A DNA stretch of 64,000 bases, from the NCBI GenBank assembly GCA_024233345.1, contig JACKPT010000005.1:105072-169071 (forward strand), given 5' to 3'. Shown here in pieces: positions 62,740 through 64,000 of this stretch (within the stretch, counting starts at the first letter, position 1; each line of letters opens with the position of its first letter). A model generated the notes under the pieces. That model saw nothing but the letters and a program-made list of their open reading frames with translations, ran no database searches and was not told the origin of the DNA. Origin of the DNA: Verrucomicrobiota bacterium. GTDB lineage: Bacteria; Verrucomicrobiota; Kiritimatiellia; CAIVKH01. Both the position numbers and the translations under genes were made by a program.

Positions 62740-63552
62740 CTATTCGTTGACCCGTTCCGGGACTGCGGTCTGGGTGCGGAAAGAAATGAATTTAAGGGTT
62801 TCTTCCCACGACTTTTTATCGGCGTCCTGGTCGTAGGCGGCGCCGGAGGCGGTGTCGCTGCCCGCGTTGATGTCGGTGAAGGAATGCACCGCACCCGGAT
62901 AGGCGATGAAGGTGTAGTTCACATCTGCATCCTCCATTTCCTTTTCAAATGCATTGACTTCTTCAGGAGGCACGTAGGGGTCATCGGCACCGTGCAGGAC
63001 GAGAATCGGACACTTGATGTTCTTGGCGTCATCCGGGGTGGGGGAACTGAGTCCGCCATGGGTGGACACCACACCTTGCAGGGTGGCGCCGGACCGGGCG
63101 AGCTCCAGCGCGGCGGTTCCGCCAAAGCAATAACCGATCGCGACCACCCGGTCACCGTCCACATAGGGAAGCCCGCGCACGGCATCCAGCGCGGCTTTGA
63201 CCCGTTCCCGGAATACTTCGCGATTGCTCTTGTAGGCCCCGGACAACGCGGCGCGCTCCGGAACCGTTTCCGGGCGGTAGCCCTTGCCATAGACATCCGC
63301 AGCCAAAGCCACATACCCCAGCTCGGCCAGGCGGCGAGCCCGTTCAAATTCATGCTCGCTGGGGCCTGCCCACTGATGGAAGATCAAAACCGCTGGCACC
63401 GGCTCATCGATTTCCTCCGGACGGGCCAGATAGCCCTCCAGAGTCACATCGTCCAGTTGATACTCGAATGTCTCGGTGTGGATGGGGCCAGCCTGAAGGT
63501 TGATGCCGGTGAGGACTCCGGACAAGACCAGCAGTCGTAAGAAATGCTTCAT
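62740..63552 (-). CDS. Secreted dienelactone hydrolase-family alpha/beta hydrolase
   Basis: AAAGGAG Shine-Dalgarno, signal peptide, IGYCFGG nucleophile elbow. Confidence 0.8.
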   Translation of the reverse strand: MKHFLRLLVLSGVLTGINLQAGPIHTETFEYQLDDVTLEGYLARPEEIDEPVPAVLIFHQWAGPSEHEFERARRLAELGYVALAADVYGKGYRPETVPERAALSGAYKSNREVFRERVKAALDAVRGLPYVDGDRVVAIGYCFGGTAALELARSGATLQGVVSTHGGLSSPTPDDAKNIKCPILVLHGADDPYVPPEEVNAFEKEMEDADVNYTFIAYPGAVHSFTDINAGSDTASGAAYDQDADKKSWEETLKFISFRTQTAVPERVNE

Positions 63553-63648
63553 GATATACTCCTTTGGTTGTCGGGCATAACCTACCCCACTTTCCGTAGA
63601 TCCTCAAAAAAAATATCAACCCGCCCACCGCTCGATTGGAGGGGCGAG

Positions 63649-64000
63649 CTATGCGAGCCCGGCGGCGGTGGCCTGATCCGCGCACCGGGTGCCGTCGATG
63701 GCGGAGGATACGATCCCGCCGGCATAGCCTGCCCCTTCGCCACAGGGATACAAACCCTGGATCCCGACGTGCTCCAGGGTTTCCGGATCGCGGGGAATCC
63801 GCACCGGGGAGGACGTGCGTGACTCGGGGGCGTGGACAACCGCGTCGTTGGTTAGATAGCCCCGCATGATTTTGCCGAATTCCCGGAACCCCTGTTGCAG
63901 GGAGCGGTGGATGAGTCCGGGCAACACCTGTCCCAGTTCCACGGTGGAAATGCCGGGGGCGTAGGAGGTGCGCGGTAGGTTGGTGGAGAGGATGCCCTGG
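63649..64000 (-). CDS. FAD-dependent oxidoreductase-like protein (C-terminal part; N-terminus lies beyond the window end)
   Basis: GLYPCGEGAGYAGGIVSSAIDG C-terminal motif. The frame stays open to the window edge. Confidence 0.45.
   Translation of the reverse strand, partial: QGILSTNLPRTSYAPGISTVELGQVLPGLIHRSLQQGFREFGKIMRGYLTNDAVVHAPESRTSSPVRIPRDPETLEHVGIQGLYPCGEGAGYAGGIVSSAIDGTRCADQATAAGLA

Noticed and set aside
62506-62836. Two overlapping 66-aa ORFs (minus 62506-62706, plus 62636-62836)
   Set aside because: They are translations of the palindromic repeat array in the moxR promoter region. Being palindromic, the array gives similar peptides (KKVPTLGTF / KKVPRVGTF) on both strands. No Shine-Dalgarno.

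Overview
This is a high-GC (~60%), gene-dense chromosomal window from a Gram-negative bacterium. The gene content (Bat aerotolerance operon, FG-GAP/VCBS secreted repeat proteins, high-GC antisense ORFs) loosely suggests a PVC-like or Verrucomicrobia-like organism, but that is inference only. Nearly all of the window is housekeeping or envelope-related coding sequence. In coordinate order: polA (partial), a FIST-sensor plus hybrid histidine kinase pair, lemA plus an M48 protease, a menaquinone operon menH-menB-menA-menC-menE with a convergent hotdog thioesterase, and a glycan-modification cluster (GT2, GmhB-like phosphatase, AsnB, ArnT/PMT-like transferase). Then come TrpB2, an ECF sigma/anti-sigma/secreted-protein operon, a Ste24-like protease, YqgE/AlgH, an SxtJ-like membrane protein with a carbamoyltransferase, and a polysaccharide ABC-export cluster (GT2, Wzm/Wzt-like, a large HAD-domain protein, GT2). 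After that are two large secreted FG-GAP/VCBS repeat proteins (one fused to an SGNH esterase), ligA, bioH-bioF/bioB, msrB with a Cys-less TlpA-like protein, rmlD, a secreted PLD-family protein, mscS and alr. The window ends with a complete Bat operon (moxR, DUF58, DUF4381-like, batA, batB, batC, a Q/E-rich protein, batD, batE), a dienelactone hydrolase and a partial FAD oxidoreductase. I found no tRNA or rRNA genes, no CRISPR arrays and no obvious transposons or integrases. The most unusual non-coding signal is a family of 31-bp-phased palindromic repeats (TTCCAA-N3-TTGGAA, sharing an 18-nt identical core). It occurs in exactly two places: immediately upstream of the ECF sigma operon and immediately upstream of the Bat operon. 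This suggests a shared cis-regulatory element and a possible ECF-sigma/Bat regulon. Many long antisense ORFs in the six-frame track are high-GC artefacts and were rejected. The track also appears to omit ORFs that are open at the window edges, so polA and the terminal oxidoreductase are absent from it.
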